Below the pieces are notes generated by a model. It had not been told where the DNA came from. It ran no database searches and saw only the letters and a program-made list of their open reading frames with translations. From the IMG/VR virus record IMGVR_UViG_3300037465_000531: a stretch of DNA of 49,363 bases; one strand, 5' to 3'. The DNA comes from a virus. How positions within the stretch are numbered: position 1 is the stretch's first letter; every line of letters begins with the position of its first letter. Shown here one piece after another: positions 1 through 8,183 of the stretch. A program made the position numbers and the translations under genes.

Positions 1-127
1 TGCAGCCGATCATCCGCAGGCTGCGCGGTCAAGAGGTCGTGCATCCGCCGTACGACCGTCTGGTTCTGGCATCCGTGCCCCTGCTGGAGCAGTCCGGCGT
101 CTTCCCCCGGCCCGCCCTTCCAAGGAT
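1..127. repeat. Terminal direct repeat, left copy (identical to 49237..49363); circular closure or terminal redundancy
   Basis: tgcagccgatcatccgcagg...cccgcccttccaaggat reads identically at both window ends, 127 nt, no mismatch seen. Confidence 0.95.
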
Positions 128-581
128 GCTCTTTCACTTCGTTCGCATACAGTTGATGGACTCAGCCGACTATCGCAGAAAGGTCGGCAGAGAATACCCT
201 CCTTGGATTGTCCGCACCAACCGGATGTATGTGCCCGTATACCATGGCTGCGCTCTGGGCTTGGCGGGCACGGAAAGCCGGACGGGCAAACCGATCCACT
301 CCGCCGAGTCATCGAGCTGGGAAAAGACCCGCGCGTACTTCTACAAGGCCATTCGGGCCCGTGCGGGCGCAGCGACCAAGGAGGCCCGGGAACTGTTTTA
401 TCGGATCAACGACGAAGGCGGGCGCGACGGGCTCATATACGACGACGGCAGCCGACCGCTCATCGTCATCTTGGAGGGCAAGGGATCGAGGGACCCGGAA
501 TACGGGATCGTCGAGGCCCTTTGGAAAACCATCAAGGCCGTGTACCCCAACGTCGCGGCTCTCGCGGAGCTGAGCGTATGA
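1..581 (+). CDS. Family-A tandem paralogue 3, 3' part (gene starts at 49164 and crosses the junction); hypothetical protein
   Basis: ORF 39..581 stays open to the window start and is in frame with ATG 49164 once the 127-nt repeat is collapsed (217 aa). MYVPVY core. C-terminus VEALWKTIKAVYPNVAALAELSV is shared with neighbours. Confidence 0.8.
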   Translation, partial: QPIIRRLRGQEVVHPPYDRLVLASVPLLEQSGVFPRPALPRMLFHFVRIQLMDSADYRRKVGREYPPWIVRTNRMYVPVYHGCALGLAGTESRTGKPIHSAESSSWEKTRAYFYKAIRARAGAATKEARELFYRINDEGGRDGLIYDDGSRPLIVILEGKGSRDPEYGIVEALWKTIKAVYPNVAALAELSV

Positions 582-1177
582 TTCTGACCGGCGGAAAATG
601 GTTCTACAACTCGGATTTCACCGAGTGGCAGCAGGCGCAGGGGCCGGACATCCGCGACAGCCCGTCCGAGCTGGGCAGGATCCTGAGTGTGCTGGCCATG
701 CAGAAGACCGGACCGGCATTGGCGCTGGCGCACTTCATCTACGTCCGGCAGACAACCTACCTGATCATGATGCAGGGTTGGCTGGGAGGGCGCAGGAGCA
801 TCAAGCTGCCGAAGGGCGCGGAAGAATGGACCACCATGTGGGTGCCCGTGTATGGCAAGGCGATAGCAGCGGTTTTCCCCCGGGGATCCATGACCCTTTT
901 TGTTGTCAGACCGCACCCCGAAAAAGACCGCCACCACGGCTACCTGCTGCCGGAGTGCATCCGGCGGGACTGGGATGAAGCCGTCCAGTGCGTGCGGCGC
1001 GGCGTGGAGCGGCTGCACTCCAAAAGCCCGGTGCCGCGCTGGTTCCTAGGGTTCGGCGTGCCTCTCTACGTCAGCGAGAACCGGAGGCCGTCGCCGCGCG
1101 GGGTGCTGTACGACGCAATGCTGACGGCGGTAAGAGACCAGTTTCCTAACGAGGCCTTGTTGGCCGAAATGCTGTAA
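578..1177 (+). CDS. Family-A tandem paralogue 4; hypothetical protein
   Basis: ATGA overlap with upstream stop. MWVPVY core. C-terminus LYDAMLTAVRDQFPNEALLAEML. Confidence 0.8.
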   Translation: MILTGGKWFYNSDFTEWQQAQGPDIRDSPSELGRILSVLAMQKTGPALALAHFIYVRQTTYLIMMQGWLGGRRSIKLPKGAEEWTTMWVPVYGKAIAAVFPRGSMTLFVVRPHPEKDRHHGYLLPECIRRDWDEAVQCVRRGVERLHSKSPVPRWFLGFGVPLYVSENRRPSPRGVLYDAMLTAVRDQFPNEALLAEML

Positions 1178-1190
1178 AGGAGAAGCGCGG

Positions 1191-1370
1191 ATGATCGACC
1201 AGAAAACCGAATACTGGCTCAAGTGCAGCCCGGAGAGGCTGGCATGCGAGATTGAAATGGCCGTCTGGATGACCCAGCCGCTGCCAGAGGTGCTGTCCAC
1301 CCGGGACCGGGAGCGGCTGGAGGCCCGGATTCTGGAGGTCGTGGAGCTGCTCACGGTCCGGGAGGGGTGA
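1191..1370 (+). CDS. Small hypothetical protein (59 aa, below ORF-track cutoff)
   Basis: AAGGAGAAG a few nt upstream of ATG 1191. MIDQKTEYWLKCSPERLACEIEMAVWMTQPLPEVLSTRDRERLEARILEVVELLTVREG. Stop overlaps the next start (GTGATG). Confidence 0.55.
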   Translation: MIDQKTEYWLKCSPERLACEIEMAVWMTQPLPEVLSTRDRERLEARILEVVELLTVREG

Positions 1371-2137
1371 TGGCCAAACCGAAGCTCCTTCTGCTCGATC
1401 CGGCGGAGATCGAGCTGAGCGACAACATCCGGGGGGAGATCAGCGAGGACGACGCCCGGCGCATGGCGCAGGATCTGCTTGAGGCAGGCTGTCAGCTTCA
1501 GCCGGTCGGCGTGCGCCGGGTGCCCGGCGGCGGGTGGCGTCTGGTCTACGGACACCGGCGCGTGGCCGGTTTGCTCTGGCTGCAACGAAACGCTGCTCTG
1601 CCGGAGGACAGCCCGCTGCGGCAGGCATCCGCCATCGAGGTGCCGAGCCGGGAGGAGGAGCTCATCATCCAGATCCGGGAAAACAGCGCCCGGCGCAACC
1701 TGAAGCCGGTCGAGGAGGCCGAGCTTATCCGGGACCTGTTGGCCGACGGTCGCACCGTGGAGCAGGTAGCCCGCATATTTGGCCGCAGTGCAGGGTGGGT
1801 CACCCAGCGCCACACGCTGCTGTCACTGCCGCCCGAGGTCCTACAGGCAGTGGGAAGCCGCATCAGCCCCTACGATGGCTATCATCTGGCCCGGATGAAC
1901 CCCCGCGAGCGGGAGGCAAGGGTCAGGGAGCTGATTGGTGAAAAACCGGATTCGGGCGTCCGTGCTGTGCGTAGGAAACGACCCTCGTCCCGGGACGTCA
2001 GCCGCCTGCTCTCACGGCTGCGGAAGTCATGCCCGGAAGCGGGAGCACTATTAGACAACCTGATATTGTATTTGGAAGGGCAGCGTGATGGCGCGGAGGC
2101 AGAGAGACGGATCAGGGAGGTTCTGCAAAGACAATGA
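1367..2137 (+). CDS. ParB/Srx-like N-terminal domain protein with HTH
   Basis: ELSDNIRGE ... WRLVYGHRRVAGL (ParB-box-like), then TVEQVARIFGRSAGWVTQRH (HTH-like). GTG 1367 or ATG 1370 as start. Confidence 0.7.
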   Translation: MMAKPKLLLLDPAEIELSDNIRGEISEDDARRMAQDLLEAGCQLQPVGVRRVPGGGWRLVYGHRRVAGLLWLQRNAALPEDSPLRQASAIEVPSREEELIIQIRENSARRNLKPVEEAELIRDLLADGRTVEQVARIFGRSAGWVTQRHTLLSLPPEVLQAVGSRISPYDGYHLARMNPREREARVRELIGEKPDSGVRAVRRKRPSSRDVSRLLSRLRKSCPEAGALLDNLILYLEGQRDGAEAERRIREVLQRQ

Positions 2138-4299
2138 AATACGTCACCTATTACGACGGACTGTTCCGATGGCGCGGGCCCTACGACCTGCGTCTGGTTC
2201 CCAAGTACGCCGACTGGTGGTGGAACGTGCCCGCCCGCGAGTGGCAGACCGCCGACCACAAGAAGGCGCTCAAGCTGCAGCAGTACTTCGACGCCGCCGC
2301 CGAGGAGGAGATCCGAAGCTGGGAAGCCCGCCAGCGGCGCGAGCTGGAGGAGAGCCGGTCCGTCAAGGCCGACATCGAGATCCCCTGCCCTCCCGGGCTG
2401 AACTATCTCGATTACCAGAAGGCGGGCGTCGCCTACGCCGTCCGGCGCGACGGGACGCTGATCGCCGATGAGATGGGATTGGGAAAAACCATACAAGCCA
2501 TCGGGCTGATGAACTATCTTGGCGGCGACTGCCGCAACGTGCTCGTCATCTGCCCGGCCACGCTCAAGATCAACTGGCAGCGCGAGCTGGAGAAGTGGCT
2601 GGTTTTCGACCGCAGCATCGGCATCGTCGACGGCAAGACCGGGTGGAGGGACGAGGACATCATCATCGTCAACTACGACCTGCTGGACCGCTTCACCCGG
2701 GAGCTCAGAAGCCGCGTGTGGGACGTGGTGGTGCTCGACGAGGCGCACTACATCAAGAACCCGGAAGCCAAACGCACTGTCGCCGTTACAGGCAAGCGGG
2801 TGTTCGACATGGACCGCCGCCAGTGGGTGGTGCTCCAGCAGCCTGTGCCCGGGAAGAAGCGCCTGCTGCTGACCGGAACTCCTATCTACAACCGCCCGCA
2901 GGATCTCTGGACCATCGTCGACTACTGTTTGTCGGACGTGCCCATCAGCTCTCGGTTCAAGCACTTCCAGAGCAAGGGGACGTTCTGGAAGCGCTACGCC
3001 GGGTATACCCAGACCCGGCACGGGTGGGAGTTCACGGGGCCCATGAATCTGGACGAGCTGCAAGAGCAGATGCGAGTGCATATGATGATCCGCCGACTGA
3101 AATCTCAGGTGCTCACCGAGCTTCCGCCCAAGATCCGGCAGGTTGTCGAGCTGGACGCAAGAGGAGCCTCCTCCGTCATCAAGGCCGAGTACGAGCACGC
3201 CCGGAAGAAGCAGGACGCGCTCATCGCCGCGCAGGCCGAGATGGAGATCGCCAAGGCCACCGGCGACGACGAGGCCTACCGGGCCGCCGTCAAGAAGCTG
3301 CGGCAGGCTCACTCGGTTGCGTTCGAGGAGATGGCCAAGATCCGACACGAGGTCGGGCTGGCCACCGCCAAGGCGGCGCTCGGCTGCCTTGAGGACGCCG
3401 TGGAGAGCTCCGGCAAGCTCGTCATCTTCGCCCACCACCGGGACGTCATCGAGCTGATCGAGAACCACCTGACCGGCAAGGGTTGCAAGGTGGTCAAGGT
3501 CGTGGGCGGCATGAGTTCCTCGGACAAGCAGGCGGCGGTCGACAGCTTCCAGCAAAAGAAGGGCGGAGCGGACGTCTTCATCGGTTCGATCACCGCTGCA
3601 GGCGTCGGCATCACCCTGACCGCTTCGTCGCACGTCGTGTTCGTCGAGCTGGACTGGGTCCCGGCCAACATCGAGCAGGGCGAGGACCGGTGCCACCGCA
3701 TCGGGCAGGAGCAGCCGGTGCTCGTCCAGCACCTCGTGCTGGAGGGCTCGCTCACCGCACGCATCGCCCAGACCATCGTTGAGAAGCAGGAGACCAACCG
3801 CAAGGCGCTCGACAACAAGGGCGCTGGCACCGAGGAGAAGCCGGAGTTCCTCAACGAGCCTATCGTCCCCGCTGCGGTTGACAAGACCGAATCCGCGCCG
3901 TCCGCCGCGTCCACCGTGCTCACGCCGCGCCAGAGGCTGCAGCAGGAGGGCGAGTCGATGACCGATGAGCAGCGCCGTCTGACCCGCAGCGTCATCCGGT
4001 TCATCGCCGGTCTCTGTGACCGCGCCCGGAATCTGGACGACGTCGGCTTCAACAAGCTGGACTCGGCCATCGGACACCGTCTGGCACAGACCCCGGACGA
4101 GCTCTGGACGCCCGGCATGCACGCGCTGGCCAAGGTTGTCTGCCGCAAGTACCGGCGGCAGATCGTCGAGGGTCTCGGATCGGCCGTCTACGAGGGGTTG
4201 TACGGACCCGGGTCCGCCACACCGTCCGAAAGGCGGAAACGGAATCCCGAGCTGGCGGAGGACGAGCTGGACAGCAAAGTCATGTCAAGGGGAATGTAG
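2134..4299 (+). CDS. SNF2-family (SF2) helicase/ATPase
   Basis: ADEMGLGKTIQAI (motif I), VVLDEAHYIKN (II), LLLTGTPIYNRPQDLW (III), SITAAGVGITLTASSHVVFVELDWVPANIEQGEDRCHRIGQ (V-VI). ATGA overlap with the ParB-like gene. Confidence 0.9.
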   Translation: MKYVTYYDGLFRWRGPYDLRLVPKYADWWWNVPAREWQTADHKKALKLQQYFDAAAEEEIRSWEARQRRELEESRSVKADIEIPCPPGLNYLDYQKAGVAYAVRRDGTLIADEMGLGKTIQAIGLMNYLGGDCRNVLVICPATLKINWQRELEKWLVFDRSIGIVDGKTGWRDEDIIIVNYDLLDRFTRELRSRVWDVVVLDEAHYIKNPEAKRTVAVTGKRVFDMDRRQWVVLQQPVPGKKRLLLTGTPIYNRPQDLWTIVDYCLSDVPISSRFKHFQSKGTFWKRYAGYTQTRHGWEFTGPMNLDELQEQMRVHMMIRRLKSQVLTELPPKIRQVVELDARGASSVIKAEYEHARKKQDALIAAQAEMEIAKATGDDEAYRAAVKKLRQAHSVAFEEMAKIRHEVGLATAKAALGCLEDAVESSGKLVIFAHHRDVIELIENHLTGKGCKVVKVVGGMSSSDKQAAVDSFQQKKGGADVFIGSITAAGVGITLTASSHVVFVELDWVPANIEQGEDRCHRIGQEQPVLVQHLVLEGSLTARIAQTIVEKQETNRKALDNKGAGTEEKPEFLNEPIVPAAVDKTESAPSAASTVLTPRQRLQQEGESMTDEQRRLTRSVIRFIAGLCDRARNLDDVGFNKLDSAIGHRLAQTPDELWTPGMHALAKVVCRKYRRQIVEGLGSAVYEGLYGPGSATPSERRKRNPELAEDELDSKVMSRGM

Positions 4300-4301
4300 C
4301 C

Positions 4302-4730
4302 ATGACGGAAAAGACTGCCTATCACGGGTCCCCCAAGCCGGTCGAGAGGTTCCGGTCCGGGCACAGATCCAGACCTGACGAGAAACAGCAGCTGAACTTC
4401 GGCGTCCACTTTGCTGCAGAACCGGAGATCGCCCTGCTGTACGGGTGCTTCCTTCACCGCTGCCGCATCCGGTGGTCGCGCCTCTACGACGCGTCGCTGG
4501 TGGACGAGTGGGACAGGCTGCCCGCCGGGCACGCGGACGTGCTCCGCGAGATCATGGATCGGTCCCGCAACATCCCCGGCCACATAAGACAATGGCTGCT
4601 GGAACAGGATCTGGCCGCCACTGGCATGATCGAGAGGGCCAGCAACATTCTACCAGTCGATCATCACCGGCTACTCCGGCGCGTCGCTGGTCAAGAAAAA
4701 GACGCACGATGCCTACATCATCGTCGGTGA
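4302..4730 (+). CDS. Hypothetical protein, probably frame-disrupted; likely continues in the +1 frame at 4630..4806
   Basis: MTEKTAYHGSPKPVERF...NFGVHFAAEPEIALLYG. After ~4640 the listed frame turns Arg/His-rich and implausible, while the neighbouring frame reads protein-like. Confidence 0.55.
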   Translation: MTEKTAYHGSPKPVERFRSGHRSRPDEKQQLNFGVHFAAEPEIALLYGCFLHRCRIRWSRLYDASLVDEWDRLPAGHADVLREIMDRSRNIPGHIRQWLLEQDLAATGMIERASNILPVDHHRLLRRVAGQEKDARCLHHRR

Positions 4731-4806
4731 TCCAGAGCAGCAGGTGGACGTTCTGGAGATCGTGGAGGTGCCGCAGGCTGAGTGGCGGCGGCTGGCCGCA
4801 GGCTAG
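4630..4806 (+). pseudogene. Start-less ORF fragment in the +1 frame; candidate C-terminal continuation of gene 4302
   Basis: The frame opens after TGA 4627-4629 and has no ATG/GTG. It reads ...FYQSIITGYSGASLVKKKTHDAYIIVGDPEQQVDVLEIVEVPQAEWRRLAAG and ends at TAG 4804-4806. Confidence 0.4.
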
Positions 4807-5240
4807 CGGCACTCGGCCAGCACGACGTCGTCAGCCAGCGATGGATCGCCGCTGCCGTCGGTGAACCGCACCGCACCGCCGGAGACCGTGTAGTCGGACG
4901 CCTGCACCTGCCGGATGCCGTTGCGGTAGACCGCCCGCAGCGTGCAGCCCGAGGGCAGGGTCCAGCCGCCGTCGGCTGCGCGGGACAGAACGGCGTCGGT
5001 CCCTTGCGCTTGGGGCACCGCCCGCAGCTCCCAGCCGGTCGCCGTCTGCACAACCTCCACGCCAGCGCCCAGCGTGGCAAAGCCGATTCTCCCGCTGGCC
5101 AGCACCAGCACCCGCGCGTCCGGCAGAGCCGGACCCCGCAACTGGCTGGTGTGCGGCTTGGTCTGGGCCACCACGACCGGGAGGCTGGCGACCGCTGCAG
5201 CGGCCAGAATGCAGGCGGAGTAGACGAGCAGCTTCTTCAT
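4803..5240 (-). CDS. Secreted protein (Sec-type signal peptide)
   Basis: MKKLLVYSACILAAAAVASLPVVVAQ-TKP. Its stop shares CTAG with the convergent plus-strand stop. Confidence 0.75.
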   Translation of the reverse strand: MKKLLVYSACILAAAAVASLPVVVAQTKPHTSQLRGPALPDARVLVLASGRIGFATLGAGVEVVQTATGWELRAVPQAQGTDAVLSRAADGGWTLPSGCTLRAVYRNGIRQVQASDYTVSGGAVRFTDGSGDPSLADDVVLAECR

Positions 5241-5244
5241 GGGT

Positions 5245-5601
5245 TCATCTCCAGACGAGAATGGCCGCCGAGTAGGTCAGCCCCGGCGGGACGGTGACAG
5301 TTTGCGTCGCGCAGAGCCGCACCACGACCGAGTCTGCGCCAGCGTACATGATGCCGGAAACCTGCTTCGGCAGGTCGGGCGGCCAGCCCGGGGCGATCGC
5401 CAGCCCGGGCGAAACTCCATGCGCCGGAAAGCTGAGCTCGGCGCACTGGCCCGCCATGACGGAGCCGAAGCTCAGGCTGCCGTAGTACCAAGAGACAGCG
5501 CCATTGCCCGATGCGAGATAGCGCACCTGAGACGGCCCGTGCACCCGGGTCTGTCCGGCCAGCAGCAGGGCGAGCAGCAGGAGCAGGGCGGCGCGTTTCA
5601 T
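5245..5601 (-). CDS. Secreted protein (Sec-type signal peptide)
   Basis: MKRAALLLLLALLLAGQTRVHG-PSQ. Confidence 0.75.
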   Translation of the reverse strand: MKRAALLLLLALLLAGQTRVHGPSQVRYLASGNGAVSWYYGSLSFGSVMAGQCAELSFPAHGVSPGLAIAPGWPPDLPKQVSGIMYAGADSVVVRLCATQTVTVPPGLTYSAAILVWR

Positions 5602-5918
5602 TTGAGCATGGCGTGCAGGTTGGTTGACCAGATCCTCAGTCCGTCCTCTGCGTCGGAGAGCGCCTGCCGCAGATTCTCAGCGGCTCTCAGAGCTGATTTC
5701 AGGTCCTTGAGGATCTGTCTCAGATGATCGAAGTCGATTGAGTCCTCGATGTTCTCCAGCCGGTCTTCCAGATGCTCCAACCGCTCCAGCTTCTTCCGCA
5801 GGTCCGCCGGGCTGTGTTCGGACAACAGGTCCTCCAGCTCCACAAGCTTGTCGTTCGCGTCGTTGCCGAGAACGCTGACCGCCGTTTCCCCGATCTCGAT
5901 GAGCTCTTCATCCGTCAT
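5598..5918 (-). CDS. Acidic coiled-coil protein
   Basis: Heptad-like LVELEDLLSEH...LERLEHLEDRLENIEDSIDFDHLRQILKDLKSALRAAENLRQAL. ATGA overlaps at both ends. Confidence 0.7.
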   Translation of the reverse strand: MTDEELIEIGETAVSVLGNDANDKLVELEDLLSEHSPADLRKKLERLEHLEDRLENIEDSIDFDHLRQILKDLKSALRAAENLRQALSDAEDGLRIWSTNLHAMLK

Positions 5919-6196
5919 GCCAGCACCGTATGGGCGTAGACGACCCGTCCGTAGGGATCCACTACCCGGGTCGTCCGCCCTTCCTCGATCGCAAGCTGGT
6001 ATGCCCGGGCGGCGGCTTCCTCAATCGACTGGTAGTCGCTGTCGTCGTACCAGTGCTCGCGGTAGATGCACCGGTACTGCACGGTGTAAATGGAGCCAGC
6101 CGCCCGTGCAATCATCTGCGGCCAGTATACATCAGGTTCTCTTTTTCCGATCCAGAACCGGATTCGTTTTCGGCTGCTGCTGGTCCTCGGCTTCAT
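5915..6196 (-). CDS. Hypothetical protein (alternative start at 6117, MIARAAG...)
   Basis: ORF track. Starting at 6196 overlaps the upstream gene by 65 nt, so the internal ATG 6117 is equally plausible. Confidence 0.6.
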   Translation of the reverse strand: MKPRTSSSRKRIRFWIGKREPDVYWPQMIARAAGSIYTVQYRCIYREHWYDDSDYQSIEEAAARAYQLAIEEGRTTRVVDPYGRVVYAHTVLA

Positions 6197-8039
6197 CCTC
6201 CGACGCCCAGATCTGGTCGGCTGTGAAGAACTCGTGGAGGAAGCGCTCCCACTTCTGCGGAGTCTGCTTCACCACGTCCCAGATCGGAGGGAAGGTTTTG
6301 ATCACCGTGGACACGCTCAGCTCCCCCGCCTCGAGAATGGCGTCATAAATCTGGCGACCGCTGTAGGTGGGACCGAACAGCCCGGCGTCTGTCAGCTCGA
6401 TCAGGCGCTCGGCGTAATCGGCCCCGTTCTCTCCGTCCATGAACGATTTGAGAAGGCTGGGCCTGAGCATTGAAAGCAGGTTGTGGTATTGGGCCATCAT
6501 GTCCGGCTGCTGCTCCTGTTGCTGTGTCTGTTGCTGGTTTGCAGCCGCCTCCGCCGGAGGCGGAGGGACCGGGGCGGACGGCATCACCGGCTGCATCGGC
6601 ACCGGCTGTCCCTGCCCGGTCTTGGCGACCGCGAAGTTGTGCATCGCTGCTGCAAAGGTGGTCCCGAGGATGGTAACCGCCTTGAGGATGTCCGGCAGGT
6701 ACTCGGTCCAGCCGCCCTTGGACGGCTTCTCGTCATCGACGCCGAGCACTTCCCGCAACTGGTCCTTGAACTCGGCCATCTCCTTGAGCATGTCCTTGAG
6801 CGACTGCGGCTGGCTGGGGGCAGGCGCGGCTGCGGAAGCCTCCTGCCGCTTCGCAACGGCCTCCAGCAGCGCCTTCATCTGCTCTTCCTGCGTATGCAGG
6901 CGCTGGTTGGTCATCTGCACCATCTTGTCGACGTAGTCGCTGTTGACCTTGGTGATGGCGTTGGACATCTCCTTCATCGCCGTCAGGTAGCTGGTAACCA
7001 TCTCCGACGCCTTCTCGTCCGGCTTCGGCAGAAGGTCCTTGATCGCGCCCACCGTCTCGGCGATCAGCTTGGTGGGGTTCTGCTGCTGCTGCTGCAGCTC
7101 CGCAGTCCTCTCGTAAGCTTTCTGCATGATCTGGTTGGCTCCTTCGGTGGCTGTCTGGATCACCGCCACCATGGGCGCGACGGCGGCCATCCCGGGATCG
7201 GACGGGGCGGGCGTCTTGCGCTCGTCCTTCATCAGCCGGTCTGTTAGCTGGGTGTACTGGTTCAACAGGATCTTGGTTACCTCGGACACGTCCTTGTCCT
7301 CCTCGTTCTCGCCTTTCTTCCGCTTCGCGTCGCTTGTTTCCTCCCTGCCGGGCACCGCAATGCCGCGGCTTTCGCACCACTGCACATACCGCTCGTTGTG
7401 GGGGTTGGTCGTGTCCAGTCCGTCCAGATCCAGCAGCGGCGGGTACTCCGTGAGGCTGTAATTGCCGACCATCGTCACCTTGCAGTTGCAGATGGTGCGC
7501 CGCATCTTCTTGCTGGCTCCGGCGTCGTTCATCTTCAGGAAGTAGTCGCCGCAACCGAACAGCTTCAGCAGGTCCTCTTGCGGGAACGGCGCAAACGCCT
7601 TGGTAACCTGCCTCTTGCCTTCGACCATGACCGGCCACAGCCGGTAGATGTAGACGACGACCCGGTCGCGCAGCGCCGGGTCCTCGTAAACCTGCTTCCA
7701 GTACTCCCAGAAGGCCGAGGGACGCCCCCTCGGGTCCTTGTGGTCCGGGTGGAAGTTGGCGGTGAACGGGGGCGGGAACATCTTCATCGGGGGCTTGGGC
7801 TTCGCCTCTTCGTCCAGCCCCCGCAAAAGGCGTGATTTTCGGCTGCGGATTTCCCGCAAGTCGGAAATCGGAGCTTCGCTCTCGCTGCCCCGCGCCTCGG
7901 GCTCGCTGGCTCCCGCCTCTTCCCGGGAAATCAGAGCCGCTTCCTCTTCCCGCTGTTTCTCCATCTGTTCCAACATGATAGCCTCCGCCGGGTCGGGGGG
8001 CGGGGCCGGTTCCGGTGTCGCTTTGTGGTTCGGCATCAT
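6132..8039 (-). CDS. Large hypothetical protein (635 aa) with disordered N-terminus, Gln/Pro-rich linkers and acidic C-terminus
   Basis: GAGGTG precedes ATGATG (8039/8036). ORF codons upstream of that lie in an AT-rich repeat region. No P-loop seen. Confidence 0.75.
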   Translation of the reverse strand: MMPNHKATPEPAPPPDPAEAIMLEQMEKQREEEAALISREEAGASEPEARGSESEAPISDLREIRSRKSRLLRGLDEEAKPKPPMKMFPPPFTANFHPDHKDPRGRPSAFWEYWKQVYEDPALRDRVVVYIYRLWPVMVEGKRQVTKAFAPFPQEDLLKLFGCGDYFLKMNDAGASKKMRRTICNCKVTMVGNYSLTEYPPLLDLDGLDTTNPHNERYVQWCESRGIAVPGREETSDAKRKKGENEEDKDVSEVTKILLNQYTQLTDRLMKDERKTPAPSDPGMAAVAPMVAVIQTATEGANQIMQKAYERTAELQQQQQNPTKLIAETVGAIKDLLPKPDEKASEMVTSYLTAMKEMSNAITKVNSDYVDKMVQMTNQRLHTQEEQMKALLEAVAKRQEASAAAPAPSQPQSLKDMLKEMAEFKDQLREVLGVDDEKPSKGGWTEYLPDILKAVTILGTTFAAAMHNFAVAKTGQGQPVPMQPVMPSAPVPPPPAEAAANQQQTQQQEQQPDMMAQYHNLLSMLRPSLLKSFMDGENGADYAERLIELTDAGLFGPTYSGRQIYDAILEAGELSVSTVIKTFPPIWDVVKQTPQKWERFLHEFFTADQIWASEDEAEDQQQPKTNPVLDRKKRT

Positions 8040-8053
8040 ACACCTCTGCATAG

Positions 8054-8115
8054 GCTCGAAGTCGGAAATCCGAGTATATAGGATTTTCAATCGGTTCGGT
8101 TTTCCGACTTCGAGC
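8054..8115. promoter_or_regulatory. Perfect 15-bp inverted repeat (gctcgaagtcggaaa / tttccgacttcgagc) with a 32-nt AT-rich spacer, in the divergent control region
   Basis: 8054-8068 is the exact reverse complement of 8101-8115. The spacer contains gtatatagg. The 3' arm on the minus strand ends 5 nt before the GAGGTG of gene 8039. Confidence 0.7.
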
Positions 8116-8118
8116 ATA

Positions 8119-8143
8119 GTATACTGTATACTGTATACTGTAC
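8119..8143. repeat. Tandem heptamer GTATACT x3 plus partial copy
   Basis: gtatact gtatact gtatact gtac read directly. Each unit contains the palindrome GTATAC. Confidence 0.85.
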
Positions 8144-8183
8144 CTAGCGCGGATTTTCGCGCACCGGGCTACAATCCTCCCAG

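Noticed and set aside
1882-4122. Very long antisense ORFs: 1882..4122 (746 aa), 16890..18341, 19626..21032, 33287..34585, 38959..40848, 45877..47202 and many shorter ones.
   Set aside because: They lie opposite genes with unambiguous motifs (SNF2, Pol I, VWA and others). Their products are Arg/Gly/Pro/Ala-rich low-complexity strings, and they lack RBS or coupling signals. This is the typical stop-codon depletion artefact of GC-rich DNA.
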